Shown here piece by piece: positions 1 to 8,429 of a DNA stretch of 22,545 bases (position 1 is its first letter; every line of letters begins with the position of its first letter). Both the position numbers and the translations under genes were made by a program. The notes beneath the pieces were generated by a model, which searched no databases, had not been told where the DNA came from, and worked only from the letters and a program-made list of their open reading frames with translations. The stretch covers positions 1 through 22,545 of the forward strand of contig CBDEUM010000032.1 of assembly GCA_965242925.1 (NCBI GenBank), given 5' to 3'. Source of the DNA: Roseibacillus sp. (lineage in GTDB: Bacteria; Verrucomicrobiota; Verrucomicrobiia; Verrucomicrobiales; Akkermansiaceae).

Positions 1-647
1 CCAACGGAGCGGGCAAATCAACTTTTCTTGACCTGATTACAGGGAAAATAAAAGCGGACACCGGGAAGATTATCTTCGGTGAGGAGAACCGTGACCTTAC
101 CAAGCTGCGGGAGTATGAAATCAACCGCCTGGGAATAGCCCGCAAGTTCCAGACTCCTTCAGTATATGAGGAGCATACCGTCTACGACAATATCATGCTG
201 TCGTTACCTGAGGCCAGGGGGGTGTTCTCCTCAATATTTTTCCGACTGGATTCGGTGGCGAGGGATCGGATCGCGGAAATCCTGAAAACCATTCGCCTTC
301 AGGACATGGAGAGGGTGATCGCGGGGACACTCTCGCACGGGCAAAAGCAATGGCTTGAGATCGGCATGCTCCTTGTACAGCAGCCCAGGCTCCTTCTTGT
401 TGATGAGCCGGCAGCCGGCATGAGTGATGACGAGACCAGGAGGACAGGAGAGCTTCTCCTCAGCCTCGAGGGGAAACACAGCATTATCGTCATTGAGCAC
501 GACATGGAGTTCGTCAGGCAGATCGCCCGCAAGGTGACCGTGTTGCACCAGGGGAAAGTCCTGAAGGAGGGATCCATGGACAGTGTCCAAAGTGACCCAA
601 CCGTTGCCGAGGTTTATCTTGGCCGTAAACACTCAACCGTCGCCTGA
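1..647 (+). CDS. urtD: Urea ABC transporter ATP-binding subunit UrtD (5'-truncated by the window edge)
   Basis: The frame from nt 3 reads NGAGKSTFLDLITG (Walker A) ... GIARKFQTPSVYE and is continuous with ORF 195..647. It carries the LSHGQKQWLEIGM signature, LLLVDEP (Walker B), IEHDM and the C-terminal EVYLG. It abuts a LivF/UrtE-type ATPase and lies upstream of urease. Confidence 0.9.
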   Translation, partial: NGAGKSTFLDLITGKIKADTGKIIFGEENRDLTKLREYEINRLGIARKFQTPSVYEEHTVYDNIMLSLPEARGVFSSIFFRLDSVARDRIAEILKTIRLQDMERVIAGTLSHGQKQWLEIGMLLVQQPRLLLVDEPAAGMSDDETRRTGELLLSLEGKHSIIVIEHDMEFVRQIARKVTVLHQGKVLKEGSMDSVQSDPTVAEVYLGRKHSTVA

Positions 648-1355
648 ATGAGTTCCCCGAGATTGAAACTGGAAGATCTGGTGGTTGCCTATGGGCAATC
701 GACCATCATCAGGGGCATTAACCTGGAAGTTCCGGAGAACGAGCTGGTTTGCCTGATGGGTCGTAATGGAGTGGGCAAGACCACGACCCTCAAGACCATT
801 GTGGGATTGCTTCGTCCCGAGTCCGGCGTCATTGCCATGGACGGCAGGCCGTTGGATCGTCTGACGACATCGGAACGCGCGCGTTCCGGCATTGCCTATG
901 TTCCACAGGGACGTGATATTTTTCCGGGGCTTACTGTCTGGGAGAATCTTCAGACAAGCATTGTGGTCAAGGGCAAGTCCGCTCGCGCACAAGTCGACCG
1001 TGTCTTCGAATTGTTCCCCGCCCTGAAAGGCATGCTTAAACGCAAGGGGGGAGTGCTCAGTGGCGGGGAACAGCAACAGCTTGCCATCGGGCGGGCTCTG
1101 CTCCTGGATCCCAAGCTGCTGATTCTCGACGAACCCACCGAGGGCATCCAGCCATCTATTATTGACCAGATTGAAGATACCCTGCTGGAGTTGAAGGCGG
1201 AAAAACGCATGAGCATTCTTCTTGTTGAACAGTATGTCGAATTCGCATTGGCGGTCAGTGATCGTTTCTGCATCATGGAGAGGGGCAGCATCGTCAAGGA
1301 GGGTGAGATTTCCAAACTGGATGAGAAGACAGTTGCTGATCACCTCACGGTCTGA
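648..1355 (+). CDS. urtE: Urea ABC transporter ATP-binding subunit UrtE
   Basis: GRNGVGKTT (Walker A), YVPQGRDIFP, LSGGEQQQLAIGRAL, LILDEPTEGIQPSII and LLVEQ are typical of UrtE/LivF. The ATG directly follows the urtD stop. Confidence 0.9.
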   Translation: MSSPRLKLEDLVVAYGQSTIIRGINLEVPENELVCLMGRNGVGKTTTLKTIVGLLRPESGVIAMDGRPLDRLTTSERARSGIAYVPQGRDIFPGLTVWENLQTSIVVKGKSARAQVDRVFELFPALKGMLKRKGGVLSGGEQQQLAIGRALLLDPKLLILDEPTEGIQPSIIDQIEDTLLELKAEKRMSILLVEQYVEFALAVSDRFCIMERGSIVKEGEISKLDEKTVADHLTV

Positions 1356-1394
1356 GGGGCGCATACGCAATCCTGGCCCCTGGGCAGGGATTCT

Positions 1395-1450
1395 CCCCGG
1401 CGGAAGAATGTTTCCTTTAGGACACTTGTTAACATTCCGGGGTTTTTGTT
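1395..1450 (+). terminator. Possible intrinsic terminator after urtE
   Basis: CCCCGG(1395-1400)..AATGTT(1407-1412) can pair with AACATTCCGGGG (1431-1442) with a 6-nt bulge, followed by TTTTTGTT. The long loop makes this call weak. Confidence 0.3.
1409..1424. promoter_or_regulatory. Candidate upstream activator site (TGT-N10-ACA) for a sigma54 enhancer-binding protein
   Basis: TGT-TTCCTTTAGG-ACA lies about 120-135 bp upstream of the sigma54 -24 element, the usual distance for enhancer sites. The motif is short and could occur by chance. Confidence 0.3.
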
Positions 1451-1542
1451 CCTTCCGCTGATGCAATTACGAGGCTAGTAAGTTTCAGCGATTGGCGTCG
1501 GAGAACCCTTCAGATATCAACCGGAGAAAATTCACCAATATT

Positions 1543-1558
1543 TGGCATGCTAATTGCT
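1543..1558 (+). promoter_or_regulatory. Sigma54 (RpoN) -24/-12 promoter
   Basis: TGGCATGCTAATTGCT matches TGGCAY-N5-TTGCW. GG (1544-45) and GC (1556-57) are exactly 10 nt apart. It sits in an AT-rich intergenic region ~95 nt upstream of the ATG at 1654. Confidence 0.8.
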
Positions 1559-1653
1559 CTGACTATTTGGCTTAATGACGGAAGGACATACTGCCCATAA
1601 TGGGAACAACCCTGAATTGACGAACTACTGAAATAAATCCTATTAAACATACC

Positions 1654-2481
1654 ATGAAAAGTAACTATCTTGTTGCCGCGATTATCGCTGTTGCGACATC
1701 CACCAGCCTTGTTCCGGTGAGGGCAGGGGAAGAAGCTTCGGCAGAAGCTGCCGCCAGTTCTGTTTCCGGGAGCTTCTCTCTGGGAATCAATTCTCATCAC
1801 ATGTCCTCGGGCCGGGATATCTGGGGCGACGGAAGTGGCTTCCACGACGTGCAATACAACCCCATGCTGAACTTGAACTTTGACCTGGGGAATGACGTGA
1901 CCTTCAACATTGGTTCCTGGGCTGAGTTCAATGACAAAATCACAGGATCGGTTGATGGCAATGATTTCCAGGAGATCGACTTCTGGGCCGGGATCAGCTT
2001 CGCAGCAGGCAGTATTGATGTTTCGCTGAGCTATCAGGAATGGATTTATGCAGATGATTCCGAGCGGATTCTCGATGTAACGATTGGCGGTCTTGATCTT
2101 CCGCTTGATCCTACGCTCAAGTTTCACGGCCGTCTGGATGAGGGTGCCGCTGCAGATACATCAGGACCTACGGCGGGCACTTCCCACGATACCGGCGTTG
2201 TAGCTTCACTTAGTGCATCGCTGCCTGGGTTCAGTTTCGGTGGACTTGATTTCGCTGTTCCTGTGAGTGTAGCCTTTGCCACCGACGGGTATCATGGTGG
2301 CGACTCGGGTTACGCCTACTCTTCAATCGGACTCTCCACCAGTGTCCCCTTGACTGGTCCCTGGGCCTTAAGCGCCGGATTGACCTATTACCTTACAAAT
2401 GACGATGTCATCCCCCCGGCGGCTGGCAACACGGACGATAATATCCTGACCGGCGGCATCAGCATCGGAATGAGCTTTTAG
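1654..2481 (+). CDS. Exported outer-membrane beta-barrel protein, TorF/TIGR02001-like putative porin
   Basis: Sec signal peptide (MKSNYLVAAIIAVATSTSLVPVRA) and alternating amphipathic strands. The segments EIDFWAGISF, DVSLSYQEWIY and ALSAGLTYY resemble TorF-type barrels. It ends in Phe (GISIGMSF), the BAM beta-signal. Confidence 0.7.
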   Translation: MKSNYLVAAIIAVATSTSLVPVRAGEEASAEAAASSVSGSFSLGINSHHMSSGRDIWGDGSGFHDVQYNPMLNLNFDLGNDVTFNIGSWAEFNDKITGSVDGNDFQEIDFWAGISFAAGSIDVSLSYQEWIYADDSERILDVTIGGLDLPLDPTLKFHGRLDEGAAADTSGPTAGTSHDTGVVASLSASLPGFSFGGLDFAVPVSVAFATDGYHGGDSGYAYSSIGLSTSVPLTGPWALSAGLTYYLTNDDVIPPAAGNTDDNILTGGISIGMSF

Positions 2482-2544
2482 GCCTGTATCAGCGCACGCC
2501 CGTTCAACGTTCCTTGAAGTAAGGCTTAACTCCTGAGTGTAGTT

Positions 2545-2579
2545 GAAAGGGCCTGCATCGATTGATGCAGGTCCTTTTC
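2545..2579 (+). terminator. Hairpin with short U-tail between the porin gene and ureA
   Basis: GAAAGGGCCTGCATC-GATT-GATGCAGGTCCTTTTC gives a ~14-bp stem (one internal G-U), a 4-nt loop and a TTTT end. Confidence 0.65.
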
Positions 2580-2608
2580 GATCCGGAAATTATCGCAAGC
2601 TGCAGCCA

Positions 2609-2911
2609 ATGCACCTAACACCCAGAGAACGGGACAAGCTCATGATTGTGGTGGCGGCGGATGTGGCCCGTCGCCGTAAAGGGCGGGGAGTAAAACTGAA
2701 TTATCCTGAGGCAATAGCCTTGATAACCGATGAGGTAATGGAAGGTGCGCGTGATGGCAGGTCAGTAGCCGAGCTGATGTCCCACGGGACAACTGTTCTG
2801 ACGCGTAATGATGTCATGGAGGGTGTCGCTGAAATGATACACGAGGTGCAGGTGGAGGCGACTTTCCCTGACGGCACCAAGCTGGTAACCGTTCACAACC
2901 CGATTCGCTAG
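2609..2911 (+). CDS. ureA: Urease gamma subunit
   Basis: [11 protein letters not shown]...KLNYPEA...EGARDG...[20 protein letters not shown], 100 aa. Start moved from the ORF-track 2543 to the ATG at 2609. Confidence 0.97.
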   Translation: MHLTPRERDKLMIVVAADVARRRKGRGVKLNYPEAIALITDEVMEGARDGRSVAELMSHGTTVLTRNDVMEGVAEMIHEVQVEATFPDGTKLVTVHNPIR

Positions 2912-2926
2912 GGTTTGCCCAGAGTG

Positions 2927-3238
2927 ATGATTCCCGGAGAAGTCATAGTTGGGGAGGGAGAGCTGATCCTGTCCGAGGGGCTGGCGACAAGGACAATTCG
3001 TGTGGCCAATGCGGGGGATCGTCCTGTTCAGGTGGGTAGCCATTTTCATTTTTTCGAGGTGAATTCCGCACTCGAATTCGATCGTGAGGCGGCCCTTGGA
3101 TTCCGGCTTGATGTGCCTTCCGGATCGGCAGTGCGCTTTGAGCCGGGCGACGAGCGGGAGGTCAACCTCGTTGCTCTTGCGGGAGATCGTGAAGTGCATG
3201 GCCTCAACACAATGGTGAATGGAAACTTGGATCAATGA
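2927..3238 (+). CDS. ureB: Urease beta subunit
   Basis: MIPGE...[19 protein letters not shown]...[20 protein letters not shown] at 2927 chosen as the start. Confidence 0.97.
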   Translation: MIPGEVIVGEGELILSEGLATRTIRVANAGDRPVQVGSHFHFFEVNSALEFDREAALGFRLDVPSGSAVRFEPGDEREVNLVALAGDREVHGLNTMVNGNLDQ

Positions 3239-3256
3239 ACTGATTTCTTTCCGATT

Positions 3257-5011
3257 ATGGCTTACCCAATTCAACGCAAAGCCTATGCTGAGACATACGG
3301 TCCCACGACCGGAGATCGTGTGCGGCTTGCTGACACCGGATTGTTCATTGCACCGGAGCGTGATTTGATTGCCGAGGGCGGCGGCTATGGGAATGAAATC
3401 AAATTTGGCGGCGGCAAGACAATCCGCGATGGAATGGGCCAGTCAGCACGTGCTACGGGCACGGATGTTCTCGATGTCGTGATCACCAATGCCCTGATTC
3501 TTGACGCTGAGACCGGGGTGATTAAGGCGGATATCGGTATTCGCAACGGACGGATTGTGGGGGTCGGTCATGCTGGCAATCCCGATATCCAGGACGGAAT
3601 CGGGTCGGTCCTGCCTGACGCGGAGGGTAAATTTCATCCGATGATCGTTGGCGCGGAGACGGAGGCAATCGCCGGGGAAGGTAATATTGTCACCGCCGGA
3701 GGAATTGATGCCCATATCCATTTTATCTGCCCGCAACAAATTGACGAGGCGATCGCGAGCGGCATTACGACGATGCTGGGCGGCGGTACCGGTCCGGCGG
3801 CAGGCACCAATGCAACAACATGCACTCCAGGCGTCTGGAACATTCACCGGATGCTTGAGGCTGCCGATGCTTATCCCGTTAATCTGGGGTTCCTGGGCAA
3901 GGGAAACTGTTCAACTGCTGAACCCCTGCGCAAGCAGGTGCTTGGCGGAGCAATTGGCCTGAAGTTACACGAAGACTGGGGGACTACGCCAGGGGCGATT
4001 GATTCATGCCTGAAGGTGGCAGACGAGTATGATGTCCAGGTTGCCATTCATACAGACACATTGAATGAATCGGGTTTTGTGGAGCGCACGCTTGAGGCGA
4101 TAGCCGGACGAACCATTCATACCTATCACTCCGAGGGTGCCGGTGGCGGTCATGCGCCGGATATCATGAAGGTTTGTGGCGAAGCCAACGTTTTGCCGTC
4201 ATCAACCAATCCGACGCGTCCGTTCACCGTGAACACGCTGGACGAGCATCTTGACATGCTCATGGTATGCCACCATCTGGACTCGAAAATCCCCGAGGAC
4301 GTGGCTTTTGCAGAATCACGGATTCGTCCGCAAACCATTGCCGCGGAGGATATGCTGCATGATCTTGGTGCAATTTCGATGATTGCCAGTGACAGCCAGG
4401 CGATGGGGCGGGTCGGGGAAGTGGTTTGCCGCACCTGGCAAACTGCGCACAAGATGAAGGAGCAATTTGGCACGCTGGAAAGCGATGGTCATCCCGCTGA
4501 TAATTTCCGGGCATTGCGCTATGTGGCGAAATACACAATCAACCCGGCGATTGTTCATGGTATTTCCCATGAAGTGGGATCACTGGGAATCGGCAAACTT
4601 GCGGACATTGTGATGTTCAAGCCCGCTTTCTTCGGGGTTAAGCCGGAGATTGTGATCAAGGGAGGCATGATTGCGATGGCGAATATGGGGGATCCCAACG
4701 CCTCGATCCCCACGCCACAGCCAACCTATTACCGTCCGCAGTTTGGTGCTCATGGAAGGGCGTTGAACACGACCTGCGTGAGCTTTGTCAGTCGTGCTGC
4801 CAGTGAGCAGGGACTTGAGGTGTCACTGGGCAAGCGGATTTCCCCTGTTTCGAACTGTCGTTCGGTGAGCAAGAAAGACATGCTTTTTAATGACGCGACC
4901 CCTTCGATTGAGATCGATCCTGAGACCTACCTTGTGAAAGCCGACGGTCATGAACTGACCTGTGACCCGCTTGAGGTGGTTCCCATGGCACAGCGCTATT
5001 TTCTATTCTAA
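3257..5011 (+). CDS. ureC: Urease alpha (catalytic) subunit
   Basis: All nickel-ligand motifs are present: [17 protein letters not shown] (carbamylated Lys), [20 protein letters not shown], the MVCHHL flap and SDSQAMGR. It ends PMAQRYFLF. Confidence 0.98.
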   Translation: MAYPIQRKAYAETYGPTTGDRVRLADTGLFIAPERDLIAEGGGYGNEIKFGGGKTIRDGMGQSARATGTDVLDVVITNALILDAETGVIKADIGIRNGRIVGVGHAGNPDIQDGIGSVLPDAEGKFHPMIVGAETEAIAGEGNIVTAGGIDAHIHFICPQQIDEAIASGITTMLGGGTGPAAGTNATTCTPGVWNIHRMLEAADAYPVNLGFLGKGNCSTAEPLRKQVLGGAIGLKLHEDWGTTPGAIDSCLKVADEYDVQVAIHTDTLNESGFVERTLEAIAGRTIHTYHSEGAGGGHAPDIMKVCGEANVLPSSTNPTRPFTVNTLDEHLDMLMVCHHLDSKIPEDVAFAESRIRPQTIAAEDMLHDLGAISMIASDSQAMGRVGEVVCRTWQTAHKMKEQFGTLESDGHPADNFRALRYVAKYTINPAIVHGISHEVGSLGIGKLADIVMFKPAFFGVKPEIVIKGGMIAMANMGDPNASIPTPQPTYYRPQFGAHGRALNTTCVSFVSRAASEQGLEVSLGKRISPVSNCRSVSKKDMLFNDATPSIEIDPETYLVKADGHELTCDPLEVVPMAQRYFLF

Positions 5012-5019
5012 AGCGAATA

Positions 5020-5514
5020 ATGCCGATAATTGAGAACGCTATCGATCCTGTCCCTGGACTTAAGCGGGTTTTCATTGAGGTTGATCGTTTTCAGCTTCAA
5101 AAGTGCCGTTTCAGGTGCAAGGCAAAGGACGGCATGGATTTCGCATTTGCGCTCGGGAGTCCCCTGAAGAATGGCAACTGTGTCTATAAGACAGCCACGC
5201 ACTGCTACGAGTTGAGGCAACTGAGGGAAAAGGTTGTGCGCATTGAATTGCCCGGTAGTTCTTCGAAAATTGCACAACTCGCATGGCAGATTGGCAATCT
5301 GCACCAACCGGTTGATGTGCGGGAGACGTTCCTGCTGGTTGCTGATGACCCGGCTTTGCGACGAATTTTAAAAAAAGGCGGGTTCAAGTTTAAAATGATA
5401 ACAGATACGTTCACCCCTGCCGCCCATTCCGCTTTTGCCGCCCATCAACATGTCCCAGGACTTGAATACCAGCACAGCCACATTTTTGGAATCAGCCACG
5501 GAGCCGGGGCCTGA
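5020..5514 (+). CDS. ureE: Urease accessory nickel chaperone UreE
   Basis: LAWQIGNLHQP (the GNxH nickel site), a His-containing C-tail (AHSAFAAHQH...QHSH...SHG) and its position after ureC. Confidence 0.88.
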   Translation: MPIIENAIDPVPGLKRVFIEVDRFQLQKCRFRCKAKDGMDFAFALGSPLKNGNCVYKTATHCYELRQLREKVVRIELPGSSSKIAQLAWQIGNLHQPVDVRETFLLVADDPALRRILKKGGFKFKMITDTFTPAAHSAFAAHQHVPGLEYQHSHIFGISHGAGA

Positions 5515-6181
5515 TCCGTGGCTGCCATCATTGCTGCAATGCAATGACAGTTCCTATCCTGTGGGGGTCTTCGCGCATTCCTTCGGGCTGGAAGCGATGG
5601 TTCAGTGCGGCAGTGTCAGTGATCCTGATTCTTTGCTGGGATTCCTTGAGGGGCCGGTCGGACACGGGCTTGCCCAGGTGGACCTGCCGCTGCTGGCACA
5701 TGCAAGGGATGCCGCGGGCCATGGTGATGAGGGTGAACTTGTCAGGCTGGATTATCTGTCGTCCGCCTGTCGCGCGCCCTTTGAGTTACGTGAAGCGGCA
5801 TCACGTATTGGGCGCCAGCGAATGGAAATACTGAGATCGGTGTGGTCCAGGCATTTTAATGTTCCGGTTCTCGATTTGCCCTGTGAGCAGGCACCCGTGG
5901 TGGCAGGGATTGAGGCTCACGTGCTTGGCGTGCCTAAAGATAACGCCATGCTGGCCTATGCCCACGGCGCCTTTGCTGCGGTTCTCAGTGCGGCGGTAAA
6001 ATTGTTGCGTCTGGGCCAGACAACGGTGCAGCAGTTGCTCCTGGAATGCGGACTATCGCTGCAATCACTGATCCAAACTGCGGACAAGGTTTCGCTTGAG
6101 GACCTGGGATCATTTGCGCCACTTCTTGATACTTCATCAATGCGTCATGAACGTTGTCCGGCGCGCCTCTTCCTTTCTTGA
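5450..6181 (+). CDS. ureF: Urease accessory protein UreF
   Basis: LLQCNDSSYPVGVFAHSFGLE, ELREAASRIG, SAAVKLLRLGQ and the C-terminal MRHERCPARLFLS. The ATG at 5450 overlaps the end of ureE, so the start is uncertain. Confidence 0.92.
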   Translation: MSQDLNTSTATFLESATEPGPDPWLPSLLQCNDSSYPVGVFAHSFGLEAMVQCGSVSDPDSLLGFLEGPVGHGLAQVDLPLLAHARDAAGHGDEGELVRLDYLSSACRAPFELREAASRIGRQRMEILRSVWSRHFNVPVLDLPCEQAPVVAGIEAHVLGVPKDNAMLAYAHGAFAAVLSAAVKLLRLGQTTVQQLLLECGLSLQSLIQTADKVSLEDLGSFAPLLDTSSMRHERCPARLFLS

Positions 6182-6190
6182 TTATTTTCC

Positions 6191-6826
6191 ATGCAAACTA
6201 AATCCCTCATTCGTGTTGGCATCGGCGGGCCGGTGGGTTCAGGGAAGACAACCCTTGCGCGCATTTTGTGTGAACAGTTTCGGGATCATTGCGACATGGC
6301 GGTGGTTACCAACGATATCTATACGCGCGAGGATGCCATGGCTCTGGAGCAGAGCGGAGCATTGCCCCCTGATCGAATCGTTGGAGTGGAAACCGGGGGC
6401 TGCCCGCATACCGCAATTCGTGATGATATTTCCATGAATCTGGAAGCGATTCGCGAATTGCACGCCCGACATGTGAACCTGGAGCTGGTTCTGGTTGAGA
6501 GCGGCGGGGACAATCTCACCGCTACATTCTCTCCGGAGCTTGTTGACGTGGTAATTTACGTAATCGATGTGACTGAAGGTGAAGATATTCCGAGAAAGGG
6601 AGGACCGGCCATCGCCTTCAGTGACTTGCTGATCATTAATAAAGTCGGGCTGGCGCCCTATGTGGAGGTGAACCTCGAGTCCATGCGCAATGATACTGCG
6701 CGAATTCGCCAGAATCGGCCCTGGCTGTTTACCGATTTGCGCAGTGGCGAAGGTCTGCAGGAACTTGGCGAATGGTTTCACAGCCAGGTGCTGTTCTCGG
6801 ACCTGAAGGATCACAATCATGGGTGA
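6191..6826 (+). CDS. ureG: Urease accessory GTPase UreG
   Basis: [10 protein letters not shown]-loop, VTNDIYT, ETGGCPH nickel motif, ESGGDNL and IPRKGGP. The G4 motif reads NKVG rather than NKxD. Confidence 0.96.
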   Translation: MQTKSLIRVGIGGPVGSGKTTLARILCEQFRDHCDMAVVTNDIYTREDAMALEQSGALPPDRIVGVETGGCPHTAIRDDISMNLEAIRELHARHVNLELVLVESGGDNLTATFSPELVDVVIYVIDVTEGEDIPRKGGPAIAFSDLLIINKVGLAPYVEVNLESMRNDTARIRQNRPWLFTDLRSGEGLQELGEWFHSQVLFSDLKDHNHG

Positions 6827-7661
6827 GAACACTCACAGAACCGCTAATGCGGTCAGTGGCAGCCTGTCAGTCGACGCAGTGCATCGCAATGGGCAGACCT
6901 GCCTGGACAGTGTTTTTTGTTCAGTGCCTTTTCATATCAGCAAGCCTTACTGGGATGGGGCCGTGTTGCTGCTCCAGGTGGCCAATCCCACTGCCGGTCT
7001 GTTTTCCGGTGATCAATTGTCCTGCAGGGTGCAGGTTAAGGAAAATGCCGCACTGCTGTTTACCAATCAGGGAGCAAGCCGCATTCATCCGAGCACTGGC
7101 GCGGGGGTTGTGTCGGAACAGACCTTCAGGGTGTCTGACAAGGGGTGGCTGGAGATTTTCCCGGAATTACTCATTCCGTATCGTCAAGCGAATCTTATTC
7201 AGAAGACCGTCGTCAATGTTGCTGATGGAGGACGCGCCTACCTTGCAGAAATGTTGGCGCCAGGACGTACTGCCGCGGGAGAAATTTATGCCTACGAGAA
7301 GCTGGACTGGCGGTTTCACCTGTTCCTGCATGATCGCCCCATAGCAGTTGAACGTGCCGAGATTTCCCCGGACACAATCCCGTGGATGTTCGCGAGTCCA
7401 CCGCACTGGAAGCATGTTTATTACGGCTGCGTGTGGATCGTTGCTCCCGAACTCGAGGCCATGAGCAGTGCTGATTTTGAGGAGATTGAGGATCTTTCCT
7501 GTGATGAATGTCTGGTGGGAGTCAGCCGTCTTGCGGCTACTGCCATCGTGGTCAAGGTGGTCTCATCGTCGAGTATTCCCTTGCGTAAGGCTCTGCAGTT
7601 GACCCGTTCCCGGATGGCCGCGCTGTTACCGTTTTTACACAGTGATCCGCACAAACTTTAA
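6819..7661 (+). CDS. ureD: Urease accessory protein UreD/UreH
   Basis: [40 protein letters not shown] and [12 protein letters not shown] are UreD-type motifs. It overlaps ureG by 8 nt. Confidence 0.88.
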   Translation: MGENTHRTANAVSGSLSVDAVHRNGQTCLDSVFCSVPFHISKPYWDGAVLLLQVANPTAGLFSGDQLSCRVQVKENAALLFTNQGASRIHPSTGAGVVSEQTFRVSDKGWLEIFPELLIPYRQANLIQKTVVNVADGGRAYLAEMLAPGRTAAGEIYAYEKLDWRFHLFLHDRPIAVERAEISPDTIPWMFASPPHWKHVYYGCVWIVAPELEAMSSADFEEIEDLSCDECLVGVSRLAATAIVVKVVSSSSIPLRKALQLTRSRMAALLPFLHSDPHKL

Positions 7662-7673
7662 GGAATTTTCGTA

Positions 7674-8336
7674 ATGCACGTATCTGATGGATTCCTTGAG
7701 GTCCCGGTGATAGCAGCCACTACGGTGGCAAGTGTCGGGATTTTGTCGGTGGTTGCCAGGAGGACTCCGGCGGCAGAACTGACATCACCCATGGTAGGGG
7801 CCAGTGCAGCTTTTGTGATTGCAGCGCAAATGGTTAATTTCCCGGTGGCTTCCTCTGTTTCCGGCCACATTATCGGCGGTGTCTTGGTTGCGATCCTGTT
7901 GGGATGGAGAGTGAGCGTGCTTGTAATGACGGCGGTGCTGGTGATCCAGGCAATGTTGTTTCAGGATGGGGGCATTGCGGCTCTCGGCGCCAATGTGCTG
8001 AATCTGGCTATCGTCGGACCGGGTCTGGGATACCTGGTGTATCTGGGTATTCGGGGGAGGATTGTGGAAGGCCGGGAAAGAGCGTGGACTTACCGTGATT
8101 CTGTTGCCGCGTTCCTCGCCGGGTGGACGGCCAGCGTTGTCGCCGCCCTGCTGGTGGCGGTAGAACTGTGGCTGTCAGGCCAGGCCGAGTTAAAAATCAT
8201 CATGCTCCTGATGCTTTCCATTCACGCCCTGATAGGGATTGCGGAAGGCGGAGCCACCGTCCTGATCGCCCGATTTCTTGCACATCAACAACAATGCGCA
8301 GATTGCTCTCAAGTCCCCCGCGGAAATTGCTCCTGA
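7674..8336 (+). CDS. cbiM: ECF-type nickel/cobalt transporter substrate-binding component (NikM/CbiM family)
   Basis: N-terminal MHVSDGFL (Met1/His2 metal ligands), AQMVNFP, SGHIIGG (His65), QAMLFQDGGIAALGAN and HALIGIAEG, with multiple TM helices. The urease context implies nickel. Confidence 0.9.
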   Translation: MHVSDGFLEVPVIAATTVASVGILSVVARRTPAAELTSPMVGASAAFVIAAQMVNFPVASSVSGHIIGGVLVAILLGWRVSVLVMTAVLVIQAMLFQDGGIAALGANVLNLAIVGPGLGYLVYLGIRGRIVEGRERAWTYRDSVAAFLAGWTASVVAALLVAVELWLSGQAELKIIMLLMLSIHALIGIAEGGATVLIARFLAHQQQCADCSQVPRGNCS

Positions 8337-8422
8337 TAGCACTGTTACTGCTGCTGGTTGTGGGATTCTCAAGCCAGTTGCCTGACGGCCTGGAGTTCGT
8401 GATCAAGAAACTGGGTCTTTAA
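8294..8422 (+). CDS. Small PDGLE-motif membrane protein (NikN-like), 42 aa
   Basis: The ATG at 8294 gives MRRLLSSPPRKLLLIALLLLLVVGFSSQLPDGLEFVIKKLGL: one TM helix followed by SxxPDGLE. It lies between the M and Q components. Confidence 0.7.
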   Translation: MRRLLSSPPRKLLLIALLLLLVVGFSSQLPDGLEFVIKKLGL

Positions 8423-8429
8423 CAGGAAG

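Noticed and set aside
633..1466. 277-aa minus-strand ORF, and similar antisense ORFs over ureC, ureG, DUF1080, the lipoprotein, ispD and the permease
   Set aside because: These are mirror frames of well-supported genes on the opposite strand, with no independent protein signatures.
1531..1548. TTCACCAATATTTGGCAT as a possible NtrC site
   Set aside because: The half-sites and spacing do not match TGCACC-N5-GGTGCA, and it overlaps the sigma54 -24 element, which explains the sequence better.
5369..5377. A9 homopolymer preceded by TTTT in ureE, a possible slippage site
   Set aside because: The ureE frame is intact through it (ILKKGG) and reaches the His tail, and there is no evidence of a meaningful alternative-frame product.
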